Source of the DNA: Anaerolineae bacterium
GTDB lineage: Bacteria > Chloroflexota > Anaerolineae > S016-19
Direction of reading: 5' to 3'
DNA length: 43,506 nt
Assembly (NCBI GenBank): GCA_015486235.1
Contig: WFSD01000158.1
Span: 1-43,506, forward strand
Shown here piece by piece: positions 18,046 through 26,258 of this stretch. The notes beneath the pieces were generated by a model. It saw only the letters and a program-made list of their open reading frames with translations. It was not told the DNA's origin and made no database searches. Each line of letters opens with the position of its first letter. Within the stretch, counting starts at the first letter, position 1. Both the position numbers and the translations under genes were made by a program.

Positions 18046-18278
18046 TCACGCCCCTCGAACGCTGCGAGAAGTTCTTCTGGAAGCGGCTCGTCGAAATCGT
18101 CCGGAACGCTCAGCCGACCCGATAGCAGCCCCAGCTTCCTGGGCCGCTGGAGAGGCACCAGCCTGGCAACAGGGTGTCCGGCCCTGGCAATGATGACTTC
18201 CTCCCCCTTCAGGACATCCTCGACCAGCCTGGAGAGGTTCGTTTTCGCTTGATGGATGTTTACTTTCACTGCTGGCAT
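18042..18278 (-). CDS. Phd/YefM family antitoxin
   Basis: VNIHQAKTNLSRLVEDVLKGEEVIIARAGHPVARLVP is a typical Phd/YefM N-terminal domain. It is coupled to vapC. Confidence 0.9.
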   Translation of the reverse strand: MPAVKVNIHQAKTNLSRLVEDVLKGEEVIIARAGHPVARLVPLQRPRKLGLLSGRLSVPDDFDEPLPEELLAAFEGRE

Positions 18279-18385
18279 CGTTCCCTCCTCTGAACTGACC
18301 AGACTTAGCTAAGGGCCGTCTGATATAAGGATATCATCTAACCTGCTCCTCTGTCAACCTGAGCCAGCACGGCGGGAGTTCGAAG

Positions 18386-18418
18386 TAATCCTGGGGGTCC
18401 TATGGGCCCCCAGGATTA
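18386..18418. repeat. perfect 12-bp inverted repeat (hairpin)
   Basis: TAATCCTGGGGG tcctatggg CCCCCAGGATTA. There is no flanking T-run on either strand. It lies about 110 nt upstream of the phd start. Confidence 0.6.
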
Positions 18419-18722
18419 CCCCATGGCCTCGTTAGGACCTCCATCAACCCCAGTTGGCAGGCTGCGCTTTCTCTCAGATGCATCGAGAAAGCCACGAAGA
18501 TGGATTTTCGGCTTTCGATTTACTTCGAAAGGCTGTCATGTATCACCCGGTCATGGCATCTTTCCGTCTCCTTGCGGAGAAAGGGGCGCTGGAACGTCGT
18601 CGTGGGGCGCTTTCGGGCTGGGAGAAGATCGGCTTGAGAGAAAGATTGAGTCCTGACTCATGCCCGAGCTCTGGGGAAGCACTTTTGACATCTCCGGCAA
18701 TACCGTAAATGATATCATCGCA

Positions 18723-18838
18723 ATGGGCTACAGGATCGTCATAGACACGAACGTGTTTGCCTCAGCAAAGGAGCCGAGCGATTCGGGATACGCGCGGTCA
18801 CGCCGAAGGAGTTTGTGGAAGAGATTGGGAGGATATGA
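18723..18838 (+). pseudogene. PIN-domain toxin remnant (internal deletion)
   Basis: The N-terminus MGYRIVIDTNVFASA (PIN start) is joined after about 20 codons, in another frame, to ...AVTPKEFVEEIGRI* (a PIN-family C-terminal tail). Its stop overlaps the next ATG (ATGA). Confidence 0.4.
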
Positions 18839-19060
18839 TGAGCACGATAAGCGTGAGATTGCCTGACTATCTGCATCGGGCGTTGAAGGAAGCGGCGAAA
18901 AAAGAGAATGTGTCGATGAACCAGCTCATAGCCCTGGCTCTGGCGGAGAAGCTGTCGGCGCTGACGACGGAGGAGTACCTGGAGAAGCGTGCGGCCCGTG
19001 GTCGAAAGCGCCATGTCGAAAGTGCCGGATGTGGAACCGGCTCAGGAAGACAGGCTGTGA
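18835..19060 (+). pseudogene. RHH-type (HicB-like/CopG-like) antitoxin, frameshifted near the C-terminus
   Basis: MMSTISVRLPDYLHRALKEAAKKENVSMNQLIALALAEKLSALTTEEYLEKRAARG. The family-typical end AMSKVPDVEPAQEDRL* is in another frame. The direct repeat GTCGAAAG (19001-19008 and 19015-19022) lies at the break. Confidence 0.6.
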
Positions 19061-19099
19061 GACAAAATCGTAGTAGGGGCTTGGTCACCGGACAGAAGG

Positions 19100-19213
19100 T
19101 CACCTTTCCCCTGCGAGAACTTCCATGAACTCCCTGGGAGTGAGGATACGCACCCCGCTCACCTCTTCCAACACGCGCAAATCCCTGTCTCCGGTCACCA
19201 GGTAATCCGCAGT
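19100..19213 (-). pseudogene. 3' remnant of a PIN-family toxin gene
   Basis: The minus strand reads ADYLVTGDRDLRVLEEVSGVRILTPREFMEVLAGER*, preceded by an in-frame stop. No N-terminal part is present. Confidence 0.5.
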
Positions 19214-19221
19214 TCAGAGGA

Positions 19222-20802
19222 TCAGTGTTCAGAGGTATTGCGATGGGGAGACAACCACCCGAAAACCGAAGGAGCCGCCGACGTAGCGGTACCTGAGGAC
19301 CGGGTTGCGCCTGCTACGGATTCCACGGTTCCAACCAATCCAATGTAAGCCCACAACTGCTTGCGGCTCAACCCTTCGAAGCGGTTCTTCTCGGCATCTT
19401 TCTCCTCATGCTTGGGGTAGCTCAACGCTTCAGCCAGAAGTGAATATCTGGTGCGGTTCTTCCGGATTTCACCGAGTATTCCGCCTCCTCTGGGTTCCTG
19501 CCTGGCTTCCTCCTCAGTTGGGACGCGGCCTCTGAGCATGGTCTCCTCAGTCACAGGGTGCTGCATGAACTGCTCTTCCAGGGTCTGAACAAGGGTAGGA
19601 TACTGCCGCCACCACCTGTACACCTCAGGCCACTGGCTCTGAATCAGCACGGCTTTTGCCAGCAAAGGCCAGGAGATGGCGTCCTTTTCCATCAACTTCT
19701 GTTCGACCTGGTTCAGCACTATCTGACGCAGCAGGTTGAAGACGTTCAGAACCCGCTTGACCTGCCTCGGATTCGGGAACACGCCGCGGGCTATCACCTG
19801 CCGCGTCACCTCATCCAGCCGGAATTTCTCCGGAAGTTTGTCCTCAAGGAAAGAGATGAAGTCGCGCCTGGCTCCCACATCCAGCGGCGGCACGTTGAAC
19901 GGTATCTGGATGACTTTCTGCAGGTACCTATCCCCATCGATTGGAGGTTCTTCGGAACCGATCACCGAGCGCAGAAGGGCGCCGTAATGGGCTTCGATGC
20001 CTCTGCGGATCACCTCACGATCCATCCCAATGACGAACACTGTCCCCGGAACGTCCAGGAAGAGCTTGATTGCTTCCAGTATCTCCACAGCCTTTTCGGG
20101 CAGACAGCGATCCAGATCGTCCACGAAGACCACGAGTCGCCCTGTGAACTCACCGCCTTCGCCTTGCAAGAGGAGTCTCACGGCTCTCTCGAACTCGTCG
20201 GCAAACTGCTCCATGAACCGCAACTGGTTCATGTGGTACTCCCTGACCTTGCGCTCCACCAGGTTCGCCAGGTCGGGTTTGAATCCTATCGCTTTGGCGA
20301 CGTCACTCAGACCGGCCAGGTGGGAAGCGAGCCACAGCGGGAGTCGGATGCCCTCTGTGACGAAAGCTTCGGTGTCCAGGGCCCATCGGCTCTCTCCCGG
20401 CCAGTAGACCGTCTCGTACACCGCCTTTTCGAGCCTGTCCAGGAGCTCCGCTGCCTCCTTCTGCTTCTCGTCTTTGGGAGCGAGTCTTCTCCCGCTCTCG
20501 TCCCTTGGGTACAGCCCGTCCACCACCCTCAGCACGAAAGAGCGCCAGAGAGCATCTTCCCGGTCGTACTTCCAGGCCGTGAACCACACGGTGCGGAGAT
20601 AATGCAGCCCCTTGGCGTCGATCTCCCGCTTGAGCATGGACAGGAGAGTGCTCTTACCGCTCCCCCACGTGCCGAATACCCCCACGGTCAGTGGCGTCTC
20701 GGCGCCCAGCAATATCTCCAGCAGAGACTTCCTGAACGCTTCGAGACTCAGACCGTCATCCCTGGCGGGGGCATCCGAAAGGTATCCCATCCTGTGGTTC
20801 AT
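19222..20802 (-). CDS. KAP family P-loop NTPase
   Basis: Walker A VGVFGTWGSGKSTLL, FTAWKYD, Walker B LVVFVDDLDRCLPEKAVEILEAIKLFL and VFVIGMD form the KAP-type arrangement. Its ATG overlaps the abiEii stop (ATGA at 20799-20802). Confidence 0.88.
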   Translation of the reverse strand: MNHRMGYLSDAPARDDGLSLEAFRKSLLEILLGAETPLTVGVFGTWGSGKSTLLSMLKREIDAKGLHYLRTVWFTAWKYDREDALWRSFVLRVVDGLYPRDESGRRLAPKDEKQKEAAELLDRLEKAVYETVYWPGESRWALDTEAFVTEGIRLPLWLASHLAGLSDVAKAIGFKPDLANLVERKVREYHMNQLRFMEQFADEFERAVRLLLQGEGGEFTGRLVVFVDDLDRCLPEKAVEILEAIKLFLDVPGTVFVIGMDREVIRRGIEAHYGALLRSVIGSEEPPIDGDRYLQKVIQIPFNVPPLDVGARRDFISFLEDKLPEKFRLDEVTRQVIARGVFPNPRQVKRVLNVFNLLRQIVLNQVEQKLMEKDAISWPLLAKAVLIQSQWPEVYRWWRQYPTLVQTLEEQFMQHPVTEETMLRGRVPTEEEARQEPRGGGILGEIRKNRTRYSLLAEALSYPKHEEKDAEKNRFEGLSRKQLWAYIGLVGTVESVAGATRSSGTATSAAPSVFGWLSPHRNTSEH

Positions 20803-21689
20803 CGCTCACCTCTTTTCGAAACGTGTCCTGCAGCCGCCGAGGCCGAGGCGCCCCCGGATGTCCCATGGGCATGTCTTGCCATCCATTCATCGAGGGCACG
20901 CATTACGCTGTCCGGAGTCACCATTCCCGTGTCTGCACCAGGTTCCAACAAAGGGCGGACATCTTCCTGCACCCGCTCCCAGTTCAACTTCCGAAGCCTT
21001 TCCCGCAGAATAACGTGCCAGTTCTCCTCCGTCAGCCGGGGCCCCAACCATCCGGTCTGCTCCAGAGCATTGTTCAGCAACGTCAGGTTGGGCTGAGGCC
21101 AATCCGGATCGCTAAGATACCACAGCAGATCGAAAAGGTCCCTCCCTTTCGTGTATGGACGTTGCAAGATGGCGTGAAGCTTCCCCGCAAACAAAGACGG
21201 TTTGTCGTGGTGTTGCAGGTGCAGCATCACGTGCCGCCGAATCACCGTGGTCTCCAGCCCTGCACCGACGGGCGGGTTCGTATCCACCTCGATCTTGACC
21301 GCCAGCACCTCGCTCCGGTGTGGCGAAAGGCCGAGTTCATAGAGCAGCCCTGGGAACCGAACGAAAGCGCTGTGCACCGTCTTCCGGTCGCTGACCTTGA
21401 TGGTTACGGTGTACCCCTCCGCCTCGAAGCCGGCTTGCACGGCACGCAGATATGCCCTGAAATCGTACAGTTCTGGCTTCCGCTCCAGTGCAAAATCTAG
21501 GTCTTCTGAATAGCGGGGGCTGGAGTAGAGGAAACGCAGCGCAGTACCGCCATGAAAAGCCAGAGGTATCATGGCCCCTGCCCGCTGCAGATCCCTCAAT
21601 ATCCTGGCCTGCAGGTACTCTCGGGCCATGTTACGCCCATGCGCAGGTGTGGCGGCAGTCCGTACCAGTTCGGACAGATATTCTTTCAT
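20799..21689 (-). CDS. abiEii: AbiEii/AbiGii family nucleotidyltransferase toxin (DUF1814)
   Basis: LAFHGGTALRFLYSSPRYSEDLDF (NTase G-G...D-x-D), VKIEVDTN, and KLHAILQRPYTKGRDLFDLLWYL. Its ATG overlaps the abiEi stop (ATGA at 21686-21689). Confidence 0.88.
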   Translation of the reverse strand: MKEYLSELVRTAATPAHGRNMAREYLQARILRDLQRAGAMIPLAFHGGTALRFLYSSPRYSEDLDFALERKPELYDFRAYLRAVQAGFEAEGYTVTIKVSDRKTVHSAFVRFPGLLYELGLSPHRSEVLAVKIEVDTNPPVGAGLETTVIRRHVMLHLQHHDKPSLFAGKLHAILQRPYTKGRDLFDLLWYLSDPDWPQPNLTLLNNALEQTGWLGPRLTEENWHVILRERLRKLNWERVQEDVRPLLEPGADTGMVTPDSVMRALDEWMARHAHGTSGGASASAAAGHVSKRGER

Positions 21690-22327
21690 AGCATCTCGTA
21701 CTCCATCGTTTCCTCCCGGGCAAGCTCCGCCACGATAACGGCCACCCTGCGTAGCTTGGGACTCCCCGTCTGCTCAGCCATCCGCCGAAGCCGTTCCAGG
21801 TCGAGCCGCTCCATGTTCTGAAGACGAAGTTCTCGGATGTATGCAGGATCGTCGCTGCCCGGGTACAGGTGAGCCAGGTCAAGCAACGCTTTCTCCGGCG
21901 TGGCGACAAAAGCTTTCTGCCCGGGAACAACTTCTAGCGAGCGGTATCCGAAGAACAGGGCTTTCTTGACGTGGCGGAATTCGTAGACCCCCAGCGGAGT
22001 TTCCCATCTTCCCGGCCTGAGGGTGGTGACGCTGGTGGTGACGTAGACCACCTCGGGGATGAGGCCGTAATAGGCCAAAGCCGACTGCAGGCTGACGTAA
22101 GAGCCGCGCACCATCCGGTTAGCGATCATGAAGGAATGAGGCTTGACTTTCTGGAAAGGAGGCGCCAGCGCGTAGAGACCACGGCGGAACTGGTAGATTC
22201 GCCCTGCCCTGGTCCAGCGCGAGAGCTGCCGCCGCACGTCGCCGGGGTCTGCATCCCCGGCCAGCAAAAGCCCGGTCTCGAACACCGGTTGGTTCCCCAC
22301 AATTTCGACAAGCTTCTCGAATCTCAT
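21686..22327 (-). CDS. abiEi: AbiEi family antitoxin / transcriptional regulator
   Basis: MRFEKLVEIVGNQPVFETGLLL...VRRQLSRWTRAGRIYQFRRGLYAL is the winged-helix N-terminus. The C-terminal domain has EKALLDLAHL. The maximal ORF extends to 22420; ATG 22327 or 22333 is preferred. Confidence 0.85.
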   Translation of the reverse strand: MRFEKLVEIVGNQPVFETGLLLAGDADPGDVRRQLSRWTRAGRIYQFRRGLYALAPPFQKVKPHSFMIANRMVRGSYVSLQSALAYYGLIPEVVYVTTSVTTLRPGRWETPLGVYEFRHVKKALFFGYRSLEVVPGQKAFVATPEKALLDLAHLYPGSDDPAYIRELRLQNMERLDLERLRRMAEQTGSPKLRRVAVIVAELAREETMEYEML

Positions 22328-22460
22328 GTGCATATTATGCCATATGCGGCGAGTTATCGCAACGATGTTCGGACATCCTCTACCACAGCCCCCCTCTACG
22401 AGCAGAGGCTTGAACTGCACATTGGTTTTGTCCGTGGTTCGGCTTTCGGTTGCACAAAGC

Positions 22461-23264
22461 TCATCCCGGCAACAGTCGATCGAGCATCCGAGCGCTGCGC
22501 ACGGCCTTTCCGCCGAAATGGTTGTTGAAATAGACCAGCGTCAAAGGTACTGTCGAATCCAGCTTATGCAGCTTCGGCACCCACTCTCGGAGCTCATCCT
22601 CGGAGTAGTCGTAGTTGTAACGCTCCCAGGCTTCCTTGTGCCGATACCACTTGGCGGCGTTCCGGCCATGAAACCGCACGTACCCCAGGGGGCCGGTCGC
22701 TACAGCAATGGGAGGGATCAGACCCCGTAGCCTGGGCTCGTCCACGCTGCAAAACCCCAGCCCCAGCGACCGCAGCAGATCGAAGGTGGATTGGTTCACC
22801 CATTTGGCGTTACGGAACTCGACCACTACCGGCAGGTCGCCCAGGCCAGCACGCAGTTTCTTCAGATACTCTCGATTTTCGGGCACACCGTGGAACGAGT
22901 AGGGAAACTGGGCCAGAATGCAACCGAGTTTTCGCGATTCGATCAACGGCTGCAAGGATTCGACAAATGGAGCGAATGCAGACTCGTCGCGCTCGTGCGT
23001 CAAGCCCCCAAAGGCTTTGACGGAGAACAAAAAACCGTCCGGCGTTTGGCGCACCCAGCGCTCGACGGTGCGCGTGCTTGGAATGCGGTAGTGAGTCACA
23101 TTGAGCTCCACCGTGGAGAACTCGTCGGCGTAGAGTTTGAGCCTTTCGTGTGGGGCCAGCGTTTCCGGATAAACAGGCCCGACCCAATCCTTGTACGAAA
23201 AGCCAGAAGTACCTATTCTGATCACATGTCCCTCCAAACTGCATCGAACGGCCACACAGTACAA
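22461..23264 (-). CDS. DUF72 (UPF0759) family protein
   Basis: IRIGTSGFSYKDWVGPVYPE...YADEFSTVELNVTHYRIPS...FLFSVKAF...LAQFPYSF...VEFRNAKW...YVRFHGRN...YNYDYSEDEL is the canonical DUF72 motif series. The start may be an internal GTG. Confidence 0.85.
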   Translation of the reverse strand: MYCVAVRCSLEGHVIRIGTSGFSYKDWVGPVYPETLAPHERLKLYADEFSTVELNVTHYRIPSTRTVERWVRQTPDGFLFSVKAFGGLTHERDESAFAPFVESLQPLIESRKLGCILAQFPYSFHGVPENREYLKKLRAGLGDLPVVVEFRNAKWVNQSTFDLLRSLGLGFCSVDEPRLRGLIPPIAVATGPLGYVRFHGRNAAKWYRHKEAWERYNYDYSEDELREWVPKLHKLDSTVPLTLVYFNNHFGGKAVRSARMLDRLLPG

Positions 23265-23606
23265 TAAAGCAGCTTCCAGAATCGATTGTACCTACGGCTG
23301 GGGAATATTGGCAAAGCACCGACGCTGCTGCGCCGCAAATCTTCGTCGTCTAAAATCGTCGCACAAGGGAGCTTGGGCCACGCAGAAGACCTCAAAACAG
23401 GCCGAAAACGGGCATTTTCAGGCTGATTATCCGGTCTGAACTGCGTCGCGTGAAATTTCAAGACGCTCCAACGCGCTGTTTCACCCAGGCTGTAACGCGG
23501 AAATCTGGTCACAGGGGAACTTGAGTTGTATTGAGGCTTGAGTTGCTGCAAGCCGGAATCATCGCTCGATCAGTACCGGAAGGAAACATCGCACCAATCA
23601 GATTCT

Positions 23607-24167
23607 CTACCTCTCCCCTCCAACGTCATGCAACGCGGCTTCAAACCGGCCAATGTTGTCTCCACCCAACGTCGCATCGAATTGCTCCAGCCATGACCTG
23701 ACATAGTTCAGATCCATCGCTTGTTTTCTCAAAATCGAGCGCACATCTTCCGTGTCCCGTGCACGCCCGGCCAGCACTTTGTGGATCACCACGTCTTCGG
23801 GCGAAGCAAATTTCACCGGGTAGCCCTCCACATCCACTTCCCGAGCTCGCCTCAAAGCCCCTTGCTCATAGGGAGTCCAGGAAAAGATGAAGTCTACCCG
23901 GAGGCCTGTTTCTTCATCGAGCGCAGGCAAAACCCAAGTGCGGTCTACGAAGTCTTCCACAGCCTGCACCAGCACGCTTAGCCCAACGCGCTCCACCACG
24001 TCCAGCACTTTCTCCAGCGCATCGGGGGTCACCCCAAGGGTAATGTCTACATCGCGGGTCAGGCGAGGCTCGCCGTACAGCAGCACAGCCTGACCGCCGA
24101 TGATCATGTAGGAAATGGCGCTTTCATCCAGCGCCCGGGCCAGGCGCGTTAGCAGGTTTTTCGACAT
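23607..24167 (-). CDS. nucleotidyltransferase-fold protein (MNT/AbiEii-like, toxin-antitoxin associated)
   Basis: ISYMIIGGQAVLLYGEPRLTRDVDI (G-G...D-x-D NTase motif), VDFIF, and EDVVIHKVLAGRARDTEDV. Confidence 0.7.
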   Translation of the reverse strand: MSKNLLTRLARALDESAISYMIIGGQAVLLYGEPRLTRDVDITLGVTPDALEKVLDVVERVGLSVLVQAVEDFVDRTWVLPALDEETGLRVDFIFSWTPYEQGALRRAREVDVEGYPVKFASPEDVVIHKVLAGRARDTEDVRSILRKQAMDLNYVRSWLEQFDATLGGDNIGRFEAALHDVGGER

Positions 24168-24360
24168 ACGTGTTCACCATCCTTGCGAGGCGAATGTCCA
24201 CCTCGATTCCATCCATAGGGTCATCGGGAGGCCATGCTCCTATCGAGCGAGCATGCTCGATCAACGTCTCGAACAACCTCAGATTAGCTTCAAAGTCTTG
24301 GTTCCTCTTCGTCTGCCACTCGGCCTCGAATCTTTTCCACAACGCTTTGTCCCGAATCAC
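24124..24360 (-). CDS. small hypothetical protein (79 aa), partner of the downstream NTase
   Basis: GTG 24360 lies 5 nt after GGAGGG. The helical sequence is ALWKRFEAEWQTKRNQDFEANLRLFETLIEHARSIG.... It overlaps the NTase start by 44 nt and the UPF0175 stop by 4 nt. Confidence 0.45.
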   Translation of the reverse strand: MIRDKALWKRFEAEWQTKRNQDFEANLRLFETLIEHARSIGAWPPDDPMDGIEVDIRLARMVNTYVEKPANAPGPGAG

Positions 24361-24596
24361 AACGTCCCTCCATCCACCCCTTCCGCCTGGATTCGATCGG
24401 CTTCGCCGCCCGAGAGAGGCAGGGCGCCAAACCTCCGAAGTCTTTCCTCGAGTTCGAAATGAAGCACTTCTAAAAGCTCCGCTGCCCGACCAAGGCTCAC
24501 TTCCCCATCCATGTATGCCCCAATTACCAGGTCCCACGCTGCCTGGCGGTCTCCGCCAGCATCTTTCACGGCGTCCGGCACCTCTTCCTCACTCAA
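24357..24596 (-). CDS. UPF0175 family antitoxin-like protein
   Basis: AWDLVIGAYMDGEVSLGRAAELLEVLHFELEERLRRFG fits the UPF0175 pattern (...G.iSlGkAAELl....eF.e.L...G). Confidence 0.6.
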   Translation of the reverse strand: MSEEEVPDAVKDAGGDRQAAWDLVIGAYMDGEVSLGRAAELLEVLHFELEERLRRFGALPLSGGEADRIQAEGVDGGTL

Positions 24597-25212
24597 CCCC
24601 TGGCGAGCTCCGGTTTGGCGTTCCTTGTCTCCCCTTGCCTTGTACTCCCGCTGGATGACCTGGCAGGTGCAGTGGAGAAAATCGGCTGAGAAGTCACGCT
24701 ATGTTGCTGTGTTTGCGTCCCCTCTGTTGCTCCTCGCAATTGACTTTGGTAATCAAGCCCGTCTTTATTCTTCCCGGGCGATTTGCAAGGCCCTGGTGTA
24801 CAACGGGTCACTGGATAAAATCCTGCTTTGTATCGTAGGTCATCGAGCAGCGGCTGGACAGCCGCTATCAGTCCATCAGACTTCGCTTATCGCTGTAAAG
24901 AATCGCTCTTCAGGCATAGCTTCCTCCACCTCAAGCTTCGACATCTCAACCATTACTTCCTCAACGAGAATGATACCACAGAATTGCTCGGTTGATATTG
25001 AGATCCTCCGGAAAGTCCGATCGGCGGTATTTGGCTTTACTACGGTAAACCTGCCTGTCTCTCGGCCGCTTGGTACAATTGGCGTTCGTTCGGCTTGTTC
25101 TTTTTCACGTGTGCATCCAGTCCAAAATATTGAACTATCTGCACACAAAATACAGGATTCATTCCTCTTTGTCAAGCCCGTTTCTTCCTCGGCGAGCAGA
25201 TTGTCCTCTGTG

Positions 25213-25635
25213 TCATGCGCACCTCGTGTAACCATCTTCCAGCGGGTACGGGCGTTGGGCTGAGACCGGATGCGGTTGAATTCGGGGGAGTCTTCCAGGA
25301 AGCCCCGCGTCCAGGAGGTGATCCATCCCATGCTGGCCCCAGGCCCGCAAGAAGCGCACGGCCCCCGCCACGACGATAACCATGCCCGCCGCGGCCACGA
25401 CCAGCTGGAGGATGGAAAGGTAAGCCGACGCAAACCGCCCCGTGCGCAGGTAAGGCTCTAGAGTCTCGAACCAGAGAGACCACCGCTTCCCGCCCAGGCT
25501 CACAGCCACGCTGAGCCATCCCACGAGACGTGCGGTGCGGGAAAGGTTATCGCGGGCCAGCAGCCAGGCCAGGAAGAAGAATGTAGCAATTTCGTCCACG
25601 GCCACGGCCATGTAAGGACGTTGTGCATCGGACAT
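25213..25635 (-). CDS. hypothetical membrane protein
   Basis: Three hydrophobic segments (IATFFFLAWLL, LVGWLSVAVSL, ILQLVVAAAGMVIVVAGAV). No homology recognised. The C-terminal third is uncertain because another frame is also open. Confidence 0.4.
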   Translation of the reverse strand: MSDAQRPYMAVAVDEIATFFFLAWLLARDNLSRTARLVGWLSVAVSLGGKRWSLWFETLEPYLRTGRFASAYLSILQLVVAAAGMVIVVAGAVRFLRAWGQHGMDHLLDAGLPGRLPRIQPHPVSAQRPYPLEDGYTRCA

Positions 25636-25796
25636 TTATTCCCTCCCGTCACACATGGATTTCGACGCAATTTTACCACAACGCCCCCACGGGCCGGGAA
25701 CCATTCTCGAGCGCGGCCAAACCGCCTCCGTCGTACGCTCAGTTGAATACGCCGTGCCCGACTATTACCATGCACACTTCCGGCACACTCAAATCC

Positions 25797-26213
25797 TCAC
25801 CGGCTCTTCTGTTCCGAACAGGATTGACCCCAACGCACCAGGTAATGGCCTCGTGCGCTCTGCGCGGATATCTGCAATATCCAGTCTCCTGCCACTTCTG
25901 CTGTAAGCGTTGCACAACCTTGGGCGTTGCTACCTTTCTGGAAATCTTTTTCCCAAGCAACTTTCTGCGTTGGGTCGAGCAGGCGCAAGGTAATTTGTCC
26001 CTTACGGGCCTGAACTTTCCAGCTTATCGCCAATGCCTGACCCGCTTGAGTGACTTTGACTTTACGAGCCTTGGTCGCTGTACGGGTTATAAACGAGGCT
26101 TTGGTGAAGGTATTCCCATCGCGCTCTATCAACCCAACGCCAATCGAACTCGAGCAGCCTGCCAGCAAAAGGACTACAAATATCAGTATCGCTTTTCGAA
26201 CGAAACGTGACAT
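25797..26213 (-). CDS. lipoprotein, function unknown
   Basis: The signal peptide has the lipobox VVLLLAGCSS. It lies downstream of the padR-ABC genes on the same strand. Confidence 0.7.
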   Translation of the reverse strand: MSRFVRKAILIFVVLLLAGCSSSIGVGLIERDGNTFTKASFITRTATKARKVKVTQAGQALAISWKVQARKGQITLRLLDPTQKVAWEKDFQKGSNAQGCATLTAEVAGDWILQISAQSARGHYLVRWGQSCSEQKSR

Positions 26214-26258
26214 GCCTCACCTCCAAACTCATTTCCTCGCCTGATTGCGGGAGGTAAC

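Noticed and set aside
19558-21096. 512-aa plus-strand ORF spanning the KAP and abiEii region
   Set aside because: It is antisense to two genes with strong motif support. Its translation is low-complexity and rich in R/P/H/Q with no recognisable motifs, which is typical of a shadow ORF in GC-rich DNA.
24600-25212. Coding gene in the lower-GC patch (ORFs 24511-25263 plus strand, 24876-25433 minus strand)
   Set aside because: All three minus frames and the plus ORF give unconvincing sequence. A short MNPVFCVQIVQYFGLDAHVKK... reading ends after 41 codons. I could not support any call, and it may be eroded foreign DNA.
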